From NCBI GenBank assembly GCA_902560315.1, contig CACELG010000002.1:134857-198856 (forward strand): DNA of 64,000 nt. Direction: 5' to 3'. Position numbers and translations under genes: made by a program. Within the stretch, counting starts at the first letter, position 1. Every line of letters starts with the position of its first letter. The notes beneath the pieces are model-generated. The model was not told the DNA's origin, ran no database searches, and worked only from the letters and a program-made list of their open reading frames with translations. Source of the DNA: an uncultured SAR86 cluster bacterium. GTDB taxonomy: Bacteria; Pseudomonadota; Gammaproteobacteria; Magnimaribacterales; D2472. This document shows positions 46,018 to 55,815 of this stretch, one piece after another.

Positions 46018-48261
46018 TTAGAAATTTTTCCCAAATTGAACTGCAATACTTCTAGTTCTCTCAAGGATTGCGAATTGTCCAGTTCCTAAGGTATATGCTG
46101 TCTGTTGGTTCCAGCTACTTGTATATTCATCTGTAAGGTTTTTACCTAAAATAGCCACATACCAATCATCTTTAGAAAACTCTACTCGTGCATCTACTTT
46201 ACTGAAGCCTTCTTCTTGACTATTCACATTGTAATCAGTGTTATGCCATTGATCATCTGTCCAATAAACTGAAATAGATGAATTCATCATCATTCCATTA
46301 GACATTTCATCTTCAGAACTTAAAGTAAAGAGACCAGTATTCTCAGGCGCATGCAATAAAGTTCGCCCTGAATAATCACAACCAACAGCACCAGCAGGAG
46401 GCGAAACACCTGCAGCACAAGTTCCACCCTCATAGCTATCATATGTAGCATCAAGGGTAGTAAAAGATAAATCTGCAATTATAGAATCTGTTAAAAGATA
46501 GCTCAGCTCTAATTCAAAACCTTTATTTGTACTAGGAATATTTGAAGTAGTTGTATATGGAACGCCTCCAGTATCTGGATATACATATTGACTTAGCTGG
46601 TTGCCGTCATATTCAGAATGAAAATAATTCGCACTCATTTTCATTTTATCGTTACTTGTTTTGTATCCAAATTCATAAGCATCTACCGCTTCTGATCCAT
46701 ATGAGCCTCTATTTGCTTTATAAACCCCTAGCGCTTCATAACCACCAGATTTAAAACCATCAGAATATGATGCATAAATCATTGAATTCTCATCGCTAAA
46801 ATATTGAACCATCAAAGATGGAAGTGTTGCATTTTCACCATATGTATCTGGAACTAGAGAAGCAAGAGCATCAGCCTCATGTGCAAAATCAAGTTTGAAA
46901 TCAGCAAAACCATGGGGTCCATTTGTTCCTCCTCCAGGTGGCCTCATATAATCTTTATCTACCTCTGTTCTTCTAAGTCCTGCTGTAACATGAAGTTGTT
47001 CAGAAACAAAAAAGGTCATAGTTGCAAAAAGAGATAATGTTTTATTATCAATGTTTAATGGCCTAGTTATCGCCAAAGGAATAATCCATCTAGCTAGATT
47101 AGTGTAATTCATAGTATCAGTACTCTGATAATAAGCGCCAATCATATATTGACTTTTATCAGTTGCATTACTTGTTAATCTTATTTCCTGAGAAAACTGT
47201 GAAGATTCCTCTTTAATTCTCCAGTGGAAAAAAGGCGCGGCACTTTGGTCAGATTCGCCTGGAACACTGCTGTCATATTCTTGGTTAGAAGTAATTAATA
47301 CCAACTCATGGTTAGGCATTGTTCTTTTTATTTCAAGAACGACTTGATCTGAATCTAAGAAACCATATTGCTTTTCAGATGCACTAAAACGATCATCAAA
47401 TGCTCCCTCAAAACCTGGCGCTTGTTCAAGTCCAATTCTACAATCACTTATTACAAAAGTAAGATTTGCACCACTTCCATCTGCAAAACAGTTTGTATGT
47501 TGCCAACCCATTCCAGAAGCAGTATCTAGTCTTCCAATATCAATTTTTAATTTGGCTTCCATATTCTCATTAGAGTCCCAAACAAAGGTTGATCTTAAGT
47601 TAAATCCATCTTTATTAGGAAAGTTATCTCCAGCAGGGTTGGTATTTTTTAACCAACCATCCATGGCATGATAAGAAAAAGCAAATCTTGCTTTCATGCT
47701 GTCAGATATTCTGCCACTTTGAATTGCTGTAAATGTTTTTTCACCATGACTACCTACTGTTCCAGATATACTTGATTCACTTTCATCAGTAGGGACTTTA
47801 GTTATGAAACTTACGGCTCCTCCAATTGAATTATTACCAAAATATGTTGTTTGAGGGCCTTTTAAAATCTCAACCCTTTCCATATCAAGCAATGTGCCTT
47901 GAAGTGTCCATGATCTTCCTTGGTAGACTCCGTCAACAAATTGACCAACAGATTGGTCGAATGCTTGGTTTCCACCTGAACCAACTCCACGCATATAGAT
48001 TTTATTACTTAAAGTACCTTTAGCAATAGTAATGCCTGGTGTTCTGTCTGAAATATCGAACATCGTCATGATATTATTTTCAACCATTGTATCGCCATCT
48101 AAGATGTCAATTGATATAGGTGTATCTAATTCACTTTGTTCTGTTAATGTTGCTGTAACAACAACCTCTTCGATAGACTGTTGAGCATAAATATTTGAAA
48201 AGCTAAAGATTAATATTGATGCTAAAAAGCCTTGTTTTAGTAGATTTTTTGTAGTTTTCAT
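46018..48261 (-). CDS. TonB-dependent outer-membrane receptor
   Basis: Signal peptide, TonB box IEEVVVTA, plug motif LKGPQTTYFGNNSIGGAVSF, long barrel, terminal F (QFGKNF). Confidence 0.85.
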   Translation of the reverse strand: MKTTKNLLKQGFLASILIFSFSNIYAQQSIEEVVVTATLTEQSELDTPISIDILDGDTMVENNIMTMFDISDRTPGITIAKGTLSNKIYMRGVGSGGNQAFDQSVGQFVDGVYQGRSWTLQGTLLDMERVEILKGPQTTYFGNNSIGGAVSFITKVPTDESESSISGTVGSHGEKTFTAIQSGRISDSMKARFAFSYHAMDGWLKNTNPAGDNFPNKDGFNLRSTFVWDSNENMEAKLKIDIGRLDTASGMGWQHTNCFADGSGANLTFVISDCRIGLEQAPGFEGAFDDRFSASEKQYGFLDSDQVVLEIKRTMPNHELVLITSNQEYDSSVPGESDQSAAPFFHWRIKEESSQFSQEIRLTSNATDKSQYMIGAYYQSTDTMNYTNLARWIIPLAITRPLNIDNKTLSLFATMTFFVSEQLHVTAGLRRTEVDKDYMRPPGGGTNGPHGFADFKLDFAHEADALASLVPDTYGENATLPSLMVQYFSDENSMIYASYSDGFKSGGYEALGVYKANRGSYGSEAVDAYEFGYKTSNDKMKMSANYFHSEYDGNQLSQYVYPDTGGVPYTTTSNIPSTNKGFELELSYLLTDSIIADLSFTTLDATYDSYEGGTCAAGVSPPAGAVGCDYSGRTLLHAPENTGLFTLSSEDEMSNGMMMNSSISVYWTDDQWHNTDYNVNSQEEGFSKVDARVEFSKDDWYVAILGKNLTDEYTSSWNQQTAYTLGTGQFAILERTRSIAVQFGKNF

Positions 48262-48285
48262 ATTCTCCCCGTATAGAATTGATTT

Positions 48286-48305
48286 AACTGAGACATATCT
48301 CAGTT
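48286..48305. promoter_or_regulatory. Candidate TetR operator site 2: perfect palindrome AACTGAGA-cata-TCTCAGTT
   Basis: 8-bp arms verified as exact reverse complements. Lies 25 nt upstream of the TonB-receptor ATG, in the region divergent to the esterase gene. Confidence 0.5.
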
Positions 48306-48342
48306 TTAACGTTATAATTTTATCAACTTCATGTCAATAAAA

Positions 48343-48359
48343 AACTGAGAAATGTCTCA
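48343..48359. promoter_or_regulatory. Candidate TetR operator site 3: AACTGAGA-aatg-TCTCA, overlapping the esterase start codon
   Basis: The spacer contains the ATG at 48352-48354 of the esterase gene. The left half-site is identical to sites 1 and 2. Confidence 0.4.
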
Positions 48360-49389
48360 ATTTATTAAATATTATAAAAAACAGCTTTTGAAGAATTTTT
48401 TTAAAATTCCTGTTTGGTTGCTTAAAATAATATTTCCTCTAAGAAGATTAAAAATTAGAGGTTCAAAGATAGATTTTCAGTCCTTTGCATATATTAATCT
48501 AAATCCTAAAAGCACACTTTATACAATTGAGGATAAAGATCTGCCAAAAATAAGAAAAATAATTGAATCTAATAAGATTAAAAGCAACTTATCACTTAAT
48601 CCAAAGATTCCAGTTAAGACAAAAGATCATTTTATAGAATCTCAGAGTTCAGGTTCAAAGATGCTTTTAAGAGAATATATTCCAAATATATCAAAGCCTA
48701 AGAAGACAATATTATTTTTTCATGGAGGAGGCTGGACTATTGATTCAGTAGAAACATATGATGATATGGTTAAATACTTTTCTGATTATTTAAGTATTAA
48801 GATATTCTCTTTAGAGTATAGCCTAGCTCCAGAAAATAAGTTTCCGAATGCTTTGCTAGAGGCTGAGGAAGCCTTTAATTGGTTAATAGATAATGGAAAT
48901 CATCCAAGCAATATAAGTATCTGTGGAGATAGTGCTGGAGCTCATATGATTGCATCTCTGTCATATAAGCTATTAATACAAAATTCTGAAATGCCTAATA
49001 GCTTGTTAATGATATATCCTCCATGCGATCCATTTTTTCAAAAAGAATCCATAGAACTGTTTAAAGATGAATATTTTTTATTAAACGAAGACCTTTATTG
49101 GTTCTGGGATAAGTTAAAGAGCAATAAAGAAGATGAAAATAATCCACTATTTAATCATTTAAAATTTGATCTAGAAAAAAAACTCCCGTCTACGATTCTT
49201 GTTACAGCTGGTTTTGATCCAATATGCGATGAGGGAAATGCATATGCTGAAATATTAAAAAAACAAGGAACAGATATAAAAATTTTAAACTATCCAACAC
49301 TTTTTCATAATTTTGCTTTTATGACAAAGCTTAAAGCTGCTAAAAAAGCTGTTCATAATTTTTTAGATGAATACAAAAAGATAGTCTAA
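48352..49389 (+). CDS. Alpha/beta hydrolase, hormone-sensitive-lipase-type esterase/lipase (family IV)
   Basis: Oxyanion FFHGGGW and nucleophile elbow GDSAGAH. Late DP..D and H residues. Confidence 0.8.
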   Translation: MSQFIKYYKKQLLKNFFKIPVWLLKIIFPLRRLKIRGSKIDFQSFAYINLNPKSTLYTIEDKDLPKIRKIIESNKIKSNLSLNPKIPVKTKDHFIESQSSGSKMLLREYIPNISKPKKTILFFHGGGWTIDSVETYDDMVKYFSDYLSIKIFSLEYSLAPENKFPNALLEAEEAFNWLIDNGNHPSNISICGDSAGAHMIASLSYKLLIQNSEMPNSLLMIYPPCDPFFQKESIELFKDEYFLLNEDLYWFWDKLKSNKEDENNPLFNHLKFDLEKKLPSTILVTAGFDPICDEGNAYAEILKKQGTDIKILNYPTLFHNFAFMTKLKAAKKAVHNFLDEYKKIV

Positions 49390-49415
49390 AATAACTATAA
49401 ATTAATCTTAAAAAC

Positions 49416-50036
49416 ATGATAAAAATTTACGGCACAGAAAACTCTAGGGCTATGAGACCAATTTGGACTGCTGAAGAAATGGAGCTAGATTATGAATTAA
49501 TAATGATGCCATTCCCTCCAAGAGTCTTTATGAAAGAATATTTAGATATAAATATGCTAGGAACGGTACCTTATATGATTGATGGAGATATCAGGATGAC
49601 TGAATCAGTAGCAATATCACAGTATTTTGTAGAGAAATATGGACCTACCGATTTACAAGTAAAAGCAGATGAAAAGGATTATCCTCTGTACCTAAATTGG
49701 TTATATCATTCTGATGCAACATTAACTTTTCCTCAAACAGTTGTTTTAAGATATAAACATCAAGAACCAGGTGTTGCTGATGCAGCTATAGAGGGTTATA
49801 GCAGATGGTTTGTATCTAGGTTGAAACTACTTGAAGAATCCTTAAATAATAAAGAATACTTGTGTTCAGATCGCTTCACATTGGCTGATATATGCGTAAG
49901 TTATGCAATCAACCTTGCAGAAGCTCTTGGAATTGAACAAGCATTTAAACCAAATATAAAGAGGTGGTCAGAAAATTTATTTTCAAGACCAGCGTTTATT
50001 AAAAGTAAAAGTTATAAATATGAGCCTGAAAGTTAA
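49416..50036 (+). CDS. Glutathione S-transferase
   Basis: Thioredoxin-like N-domain (IKIYG...VPYMIDGDIRMTESVAISQY) plus a helical C-domain (FTLADI). Confidence 0.8.
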   Translation: MIKIYGTENSRAMRPIWTAEEMELDYELIMMPFPPRVFMKEYLDINMLGTVPYMIDGDIRMTESVAISQYFVEKYGPTDLQVKADEKDYPLYLNWLYHSDATLTFPQTVVLRYKHQEPGVADAAIEGYSRWFVSRLKLLEESLNNKEYLCSDRFTLADICVSYAINLAEALGIEQAFKPNIKRWSENLFSRPAFIKSKSYKYEPES

Positions 50037-51279
50037 ATTTTTAAGTTTTTTTATAGTATTTCTTTTTGCAACACAAAACCTTGTTGCAAATCAAACAAAT
50101 CATATTCAAACAATCTACTTAGGTTCTGGATGCTTCTGGGGAGCTGAAAAGGGCTATGAAAAACTTGAAGGAGTAATTAATGCTGAATCAGGGTATGCAA
50201 ATGGTTATGGAATTAGCCCAAATTATAGAGCAATAACTCAGTTTAAAAATAAATATAATGAGAATAACTTTGCAGAAGTTGTAAAAGTTACTTTTAATAG
50301 AAACGAAATAAGCCTTGAAGACATCTTAATACATTTTTTTGAGAGTCATGATCCTACTAATTTAAATAGACAAGGGAATGATATTGGGACTCAGTATAGA
50401 TCAACAATTCTATTTTCAAGTGAATCACAGAAACAAGTAGCTGAAGAGCTAATGGATGCATATCAAATACTTTTAATAGATGGGGGTCATGGAAAAATAA
50501 GAACTAAACTTGAACCTTTAGATAATTTTTACCTAGCTGAGGATTATCATCAAGATTATTTAAAGAAAAATCCAAACGGATATTGCCCAGATCTTTCAAC
50601 AGGTATTGTTTTTTCAAAGAAACCTAAAGATTTTTTAGATAACAATAGTCTGTTAGTTGGAAAACATATCTTAATATTAGATTCACAATCATATTGCCCT
50701 TATTGCGAAAAGTTAAAAGTAGATGTTACCAATGAATATAAAGGCAGTATTCCTCTATCATATAGGTCATCAGATCAACTGCATGGACTTCAAATTGATT
50801 CACCGACATGGGCAACACCCTCAGTTATTTTTTTAGATAATGGTAAAGAAGTCTTCGCTTATCAGGGATACATAGAACAAAAAGATTTTTATCGAATTCT
50901 TGGAAAATTTAAACTTGGCAACTCAGAAGCTTATGATGTTGCTTTTAATAAAGGTACCGATGCAAGATTTTGCAAGGAATATGAAATCTTCAAGAATACT
51001 CCTGATGGAATATTTATTGATAAATTAAGTGGAGATGCTTTATTTGATACAAAAGATAGATTTGTTTCAAGATCAGGTTGGCTATCATTTACAAAACCTG
51101 TCGATGGTTCGGTTTATGAATTACCAGATAATAGTTATGGCATGAGAAGGATAGAGATAAGGTCTACCTCATCAGATATTCATTTAGGTCATGTTTTTGA
51201 TGATGGACCAAATGGAATGCCAAGGTATTGTATCAATGCAACTGTATTAGAGTTTAAATCTCGCGAAGAAATTTCTTAA
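50020..51279 (+). CDS. msrAB: Secreted tri-domain methionine sulfoxide reductase: MsrA / CPYC thioredoxin-fold / MsrB
   Basis: Signal peptide FLSFFIVFLFATQNLVA. MsrA motifs GSGCFWGAEKGY and AEDYHQDYL. Central domain with CPYC. MsrB motifs GWLSF, HLGHVFDDGP and RYCINATVL. Confidence 0.8.
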   Translation: MSLKVKFLSFFIVFLFATQNLVANQTNHIQTIYLGSGCFWGAEKGYEKLEGVINAESGYANGYGISPNYRAITQFKNKYNENNFAEVVKVTFNRNEISLEDILIHFFESHDPTNLNRQGNDIGTQYRSTILFSSESQKQVAEELMDAYQILLIDGGHGKIRTKLEPLDNFYLAEDYHQDYLKKNPNGYCPDLSTGIVFSKKPKDFLDNNSLLVGKHILILDSQSYCPYCEKLKVDVTNEYKGSIPLSYRSSDQLHGLQIDSPTWATPSVIFLDNGKEVFAYQGYIEQKDFYRILGKFKLGNSEAYDVAFNKGTDARFCKEYEIFKNTPDGIFIDKLSGDALFDTKDRFVSRSGWLSFTKPVDGSVYELPDNSYGMRRIEIRSTSSDIHLGHVFDDGPNGMPRYCINATVLEFKSREEIS

Positions 51280-53240
51280 TAACTTATTCCGTATCCAAAA
51301 TCATAAGTAGGATTTAAAGAGTCATCTGGCATATCTTCTTTTTGATTGAGAACAGAGTCCATTGAAGAAGGTATCTCAAATGGTAACTTTCCAGAAGGAT
51401 TATATTTTCCGAATATGCCTTCATAAATAACTTGATCTAACACTCCAAAAGTTCCAATTAGCCCTGATGAAAAAGTTTTGATTTCCTCTAGTATTGCTGG
51501 CCTATTTAAGTCCACAACTACTATCAATTCATTATGCTTTGAATAATTTTTAATCTTTGATTTTATTTCTGCATTGAAATTTAAATCTCCGTTTGGAAAT
51601 AAGGTGCTTAAAAAATTATCGAATAATCTATTTAAACCAGACTCCTGATTTCCATTAAAAACAGTATGAACATACATTATTACAACATCAGCATCAGCAG
51701 GGTCTTCAACCAAAGTCCCAAATCTTTTACCAACATTTTTATTAAGCCCATCAACAAATATTTTTGTATTTTCTTTAAGCGGAAGTACACCATTATTTTC
51801 TAATAAAACAATTGATTTTCTTTGAGCTTCAAGACCAGCATCAATATATTCTTTAGTATTTACTTTATTTTTTACCTCAGCTTCATCAACATAAGGTTTA
51901 TCAAATAAACCCAACTCAAATTTATTTATTAATATCTTTTTTACTGACTCATTTATTCTTTTTTCACTTATCTTATTTGACATAACAAGGTTGATTAAAT
52001 GCGAGGTATCATTCTCACCACCATATTGATCAATGCCTGCATAAATAGATTTAGAATATCTTTCTTCAATAGATAAGTTCCCGACACCCCAGTGTCTTCC
52101 TGTGATGATGCCCCAATCTGAACAAATGACACCATTAAAGCCTAATTCCTCTCTTAATAGGTCTGTAAGAATATATCTATTAAATGCCATTGCGACATCT
52201 TCATTTGTTTGTCCAATAGGTATTCCGTAGTAGGGCATAATCACCCTTAAGTTATTTTTAATAGCCTTTTTAAAAGGTTCTAAATGGTAATCGAAGTTAT
52301 TTCCAGGATATGTTTGATTTCTTCCACTAAACAAGTGAGGATCATAACCGTTTTCTTGTGGACCTCCTCCTGGAAAATGCTTAACCATAGTTAATACACT
52401 GTTTTCATTAATAGTACTACCTTGAAATCCATCCATGTATGAAATTGTCATTTTGCTTGACAGATTGGCATTAGAACCAAAGGTACCAAAATTTCTGGCC
52501 CACCTTGGTTCGGTTGCTAAGTCAGACATTGGATGAAGAGCAGTCCTAATACCTACAGCTAAGTACTCACTTTTAACAATTTCAGCAAATTCTTTAATAA
52601 TTTTAGGATCATTAGTTGCAGCGAATCCTAGTTGAGATGGCCATTTTGAGAAACCATCAACTGAGAAAGAAGCCACTCCACCTCCTTTTGGAACCTCATG
52701 TATTGGATCTGAACTAATAGTTATCGGAATCCCGAGTCTTGTTTTTGAAGCAATTTTCTGAAAATGATTTATTTTTTTAGCTAACTCTTTTGGAGCAGGA
52801 TTCCCATACAAGTTAAAGTGAGTAATATGATCAACAAGAATTTGCGTTTCTGGTAATTTATTTCCTCTAATAGCAATTTCATAGAGTAACATCCAAAAAT
52901 CTGGTTTTAGAGTGAAGGGTGGATGGAACATCTGACCTATTTTTTCTTCAAGATTCATCTGATTTAAAAGATCATCGCTTCTTGTTTCAGCATCCAGCCT
53001 AAAATCTTCATACCTATCTAAGATATTATTTTTGTTTAAGTCTCTAAATAACATTCCATCAATACTTATTGACTGAATATCTTCATATAAAAGATTATTT
53101 ATCTTGATCTTTTCTAAGGGTTTAAAGTAGTTTATTAAAATATAGATTACTAAAACTATTATTAAAAAAATAAAAAGTAAAAATATTTTTTTAAATATAT
53201 TTTGAGTATTAATCAGAGAAGAATCCATTAATTCTTTCAT
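51276..53240 (-). CDS. Glycoside hydrolase family 3 (beta-glucosidase/BglX-like) with N-terminal membrane anchor
   Basis: N-terminal TM helix, KHFPGGGP, and the nucleophile region VICSDWG. Two-domain GH3 length. Confidence 0.85.
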   Translation of the reverse strand: MKELMDSSLINTQNIFKKIFLLFIFLIIVLVIYILINYFKPLEKIKINNLLYEDIQSISIDGMLFRDLNKNNILDRYEDFRLDAETRSDDLLNQMNLEEKIGQMFHPPFTLKPDFWMLLYEIAIRGNKLPETQILVDHITHFNLYGNPAPKELAKKINHFQKIASKTRLGIPITISSDPIHEVPKGGGVASFSVDGFSKWPSQLGFAATNDPKIIKEFAEIVKSEYLAVGIRTALHPMSDLATEPRWARNFGTFGSNANLSSKMTISYMDGFQGSTINENSVLTMVKHFPGGGPQENGYDPHLFSGRNQTYPGNNFDYHLEPFKKAIKNNLRVIMPYYGIPIGQTNEDVAMAFNRYILTDLLREELGFNGVICSDWGIITGRHWGVGNLSIEERYSKSIYAGIDQYGGENDTSHLINLVMSNKISEKRINESVKKILINKFELGLFDKPYVDEAEVKNKVNTKEYIDAGLEAQRKSIVLLENNGVLPLKENTKIFVDGLNKNVGKRFGTLVEDPADADVVIMYVHTVFNGNQESGLNRLFDNFLSTLFPNGDLNFNAEIKSKIKNYSKHNELIVVVDLNRPAILEEIKTFSSGLIGTFGVLDQVIYEGIFGKYNPSGKLPFEIPSSMDSVLNQKEDMPDDSLNPTYDFGYGISY

Positions 53241-54363
53241 ATGAATCTATAAATTCTTCTTTAAATTTTTGTACTGTTTGTCCAGCACTAATAGTTTCAT
53301 TGACTAATCCAATGCCTTGACCCACCCAGTATGTCTCAAGTTGTTTTGCCCCCTCATGTCCAATAGCGGCCTGATCTGCAACTTTTTTTAATGCCGGTTC
53401 ACTAACCATAGTTTGTAGTGGCATTGGTAAGGGCTCAGGAGCATCTTTGTTTTCCCATGCTTCCACCCAAGGTGATGTTAATTGTCTTGAGTGTTTACCT
53501 GTTCTACTTTTTGATCGAACTGTATGACTGGATGATGCTGCAACCATTTTTTCTTTGATATTATCTGAAGTTTCAGAATCAGAAGTTGGTAAAAATACTG
53601 AGGCACACCAAATACCATCGGCACCCATTGCCATTATTCCAGCCATTTGTTCACCAGTACATATTCCACCAGCAGCAAGTATAGGTACATTACCATAAGC
53701 TTTTAAAGCTCTTCTTATTTCAGGAACAAGGACCATAGTTGAAACGCTTCCACAATGACCGCCGCCTTCAGTACCTGAGGCAACAATAATATCTACTCCA
53801 GCTTCAGCTTGTTTTACAGCATGTTGTTTTGCTCCTACAAGTGCCGCAACAGGTACATTGTTTTGTTTTCCCATTTCTAGCATCCATTTTGGAGGCACTC
53901 CTAAGGCATTAGCAACCAAACCAATTGGATGTGAAAACGCTACCTCAAGAACCTCTTGAGCTCTTTCAAGGCCAGCACCTAGACTTTCATTAGTCTTTTG
54001 TTCGAGTTCTTTTGATTCATCACCACTTCTTAGGTCAGATGCATTAATATCATGTTGTTCTAGGAGATCAGCTCTAAAATCTCTATGTTCTTGAGGTATC
54101 ATCGTTCTTAAATCATCAGTTGAAAGATTTTCTCCTTTACCAACATACGAATTTGGAATAAGAACATCTACCCCATATGGCTTTCCATCAACATGCTCAT
54201 CAATCCAATTCAATTCTATTTCTAATTTTTCAGGAGATAGTCCAACAGCTCCAAGAACACCCATGCCACCAGCTTTTGAAACTGCAGCAACAACATCTCT
54301 GCAATGACTAAATGCTACCATTGGGAATTCAATTCCTAGTAAGTCACATATTTGTGATTTCAT
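53209..54363 (-). CDS. Nitronate monooxygenase / NAD(P)H-dependent flavin oxidoreductase family
   Basis: FPMVAFSH..., IVASGTEGGGH, ILAAGGI..G..MGADGIW TIM-barrel FMN motifs. Confidence 0.8.
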   Translation of the reverse strand: MKSQICDLLGIEFPMVAFSHCRDVVAAVSKAGGMGVLGAVGLSPEKLEIELNWIDEHVDGKPYGVDVLIPNSYVGKGENLSTDDLRTMIPQEHRDFRADLLEQHDINASDLRSGDESKELEQKTNESLGAGLERAQEVLEVAFSHPIGLVANALGVPPKWMLEMGKQNNVPVAALVGAKQHAVKQAEAGVDIIVASGTEGGGHCGSVSTMVLVPEIRRALKAYGNVPILAAGGICTGEQMAGIMAMGADGIWCASVFLPTSDSETSDNIKEKMVAASSSHTVRSKSRTGKHSRQLTSPWVEAWENKDAPEPLPMPLQTMVSEPALKKVADQAAIGHEGAKQLETYWVGQGIGLVNETISAGQTVQKFKEEFIDSYERINGFFSD

Positions 54364-54438
54364 TTTTTCTCCCTATAATTTCGTTATATTAGTTTATATT
54401 ACTTACTTTAAATTTAGAATAAATTAAAATAATTTCAA

Positions 54439-54924
54439 ATGAAAAATTTTACAGTACCAGACATTTGTGATGCTCATGAAGATATTCAAATTGGAGATAT
54501 TTTTTTAAACTCATATGGCGGAATAGATAAATTTTGTGGCAAGATACAAACTGCAAAATGTGAGCATTCAAATAGTGTTGTTAAAGAATTAGTTCAAGAA
54601 GATGGAAATGGAAAAGTTCTTTTTATCAATCATACTGGTTCTGAATTATGTTCAATGGTAGGAGATCAAATAGTACAAAAAGCTTTTGATAATAACTGGA
54701 ACGGGATAATTACAAATGGTTATATAAGAGATATCGAAGTAATAAAGGATATTTCAATTGGAGTTTATGCTAAGAATTCATACCCAAAGAAAACTAATAA
54801 ATCTATCGGGCTGGGTGAAATAAATTCTCCAATAAAAATTAACAATATATCTATAAACCCTGGTGATTGGATATATGTTGATTCAAACGGTTGGGTTATA
54901 TCTAAATCAGAATTAGAATTTTAA
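54439..54924 (+). CDS. RraA-family protein (RNase E regulator / HMG-oxaloacetate aldolase fold)
   Basis: VPDICDAH, FGGxxxFxGxIxTxKC-like block (YGGIDKFCGKIQTAKC), NGKVLFI and GYIRD are collinear with E. coli RraA. Confidence 0.75.
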   Translation: MKNFTVPDICDAHEDIQIGDIFLNSYGGIDKFCGKIQTAKCEHSNSVVKELVQEDGNGKVLFINHTGSELCSMVGDQIVQKAFDNNWNGIITNGYIRDIEVIKDISIGVYAKNSYPKKTNKSIGLGEINSPIKINNISINPGDWIYVDSNGWVISKSELEF

Positions 54925-55797
54925 TTCTTCTATCTTCTTATCCTTTTCTTCCCATATGCTTTCAATCCAATTTTTGAATTCATTTCTATAATCATGATCT
55001 TTAGCATAATTTCTATTTTTTAAATGTTCAGGAATTTTATACTTTGTGACTAGCACTTTTGCGTGTTTCATATCTCCTTTAGCAAATGACCACACGTCTC
55101 TTTTTTCACTTTTATAAACTAAGGTGTAATCCACTAATGTATTTATGTTCGGCATTGCAGATAAAGCAGTAGCCATACCACCAATTTTTGGATTTAAAAG
55201 ATTATTATATTTTTGTCCTTGCTGGATATGTTTTTCATTAGTAAATCTAGTTCCTTCAGCATAACTAAAGATTGTAGACGGAGTTCTTAAGAACCTTTTA
55301 CATGACTTAAGAGTATTTTCATAATCCTGATTTCTTAAAGATGGATTTTGTTCAATTTCTTTCTTTGTATGTCTATTTACGAAAGGCATATTAAGTGTCT
55401 TATTTGCTAAAAAAACAAAAGGAATCCACCACAATTCCCTTTTCATAAAAAATTTCAATAATGGAAGATTATAATTAGCTGTTACCAATAAAATAAATAT
55501 ATCTCCCCATGATTGATGATTTGACATCGCCATATACCATTCATTTTTATCAAACTTTTCATCATTTATTATAGATATATTATTTCCATGCATTAAAAGC
55601 ATTATTAGTTTTAATCCATATACAGTTAAATCACCAATAATATTTGATATCCTTGCTAAAAATATTTTAAATGCTTTAAAAGGGATAATGCCTCTAGGGA
55701 TATTTATAATTGCAAGAGTTCCAAATCCAATTATCAACTCTATAAGAATTAGTATAAAAGTTACCAAGCCTATGAAGCTTGATGTTATATTTTTCAT
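54913..55797 (-). CDS. Lysophospholipid/1-acylglycerol-3-phosphate acyltransferase family (YihG-like), membrane-anchored
   Basis: HxxxxD motif (SNHQSWGDIF) and YAEGTRF motif. N-terminal TM helices. Confidence 0.7.
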   Translation of the reverse strand: MKNITSSFIGLVTFILILIELIIGFGTLAIINIPRGIIPFKAFKIFLARISNIIGDLTVYGLKLIMLLMHGNNISIINDEKFDKNEWYMAMSNHQSWGDIFILLVTANYNLPLLKFFMKRELWWIPFVFLANKTLNMPFVNRHTKKEIEQNPSLRNQDYENTLKSCKRFLRTPSTIFSYAEGTRFTNEKHIQQGQKYNNLLNPKIGGMATALSAMPNINTLVDYTLVYKSEKRDVWSFAKGDMKHAKVLVTKYKIPEHLKNRNYAKDHDYRNEFKNWIESIWEEKDKKIEELKF

Positions 55798-55815
55798 CTT
55801 GTTTTTATGTTTTTT

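Noticed and set aside
53209-53240. 32-nt overlap between the nitronate-monooxygenase-family gene and the downstream GH3 gene, considered as a sign of a frameshift or fusion.
   Set aside because: Both proteins look complete. The GH3 N-terminus is a plausible membrane anchor and the NMO C-terminus is intact. A slightly later GH3 start (Met5) still overlaps, so this is ordinary gene packing.
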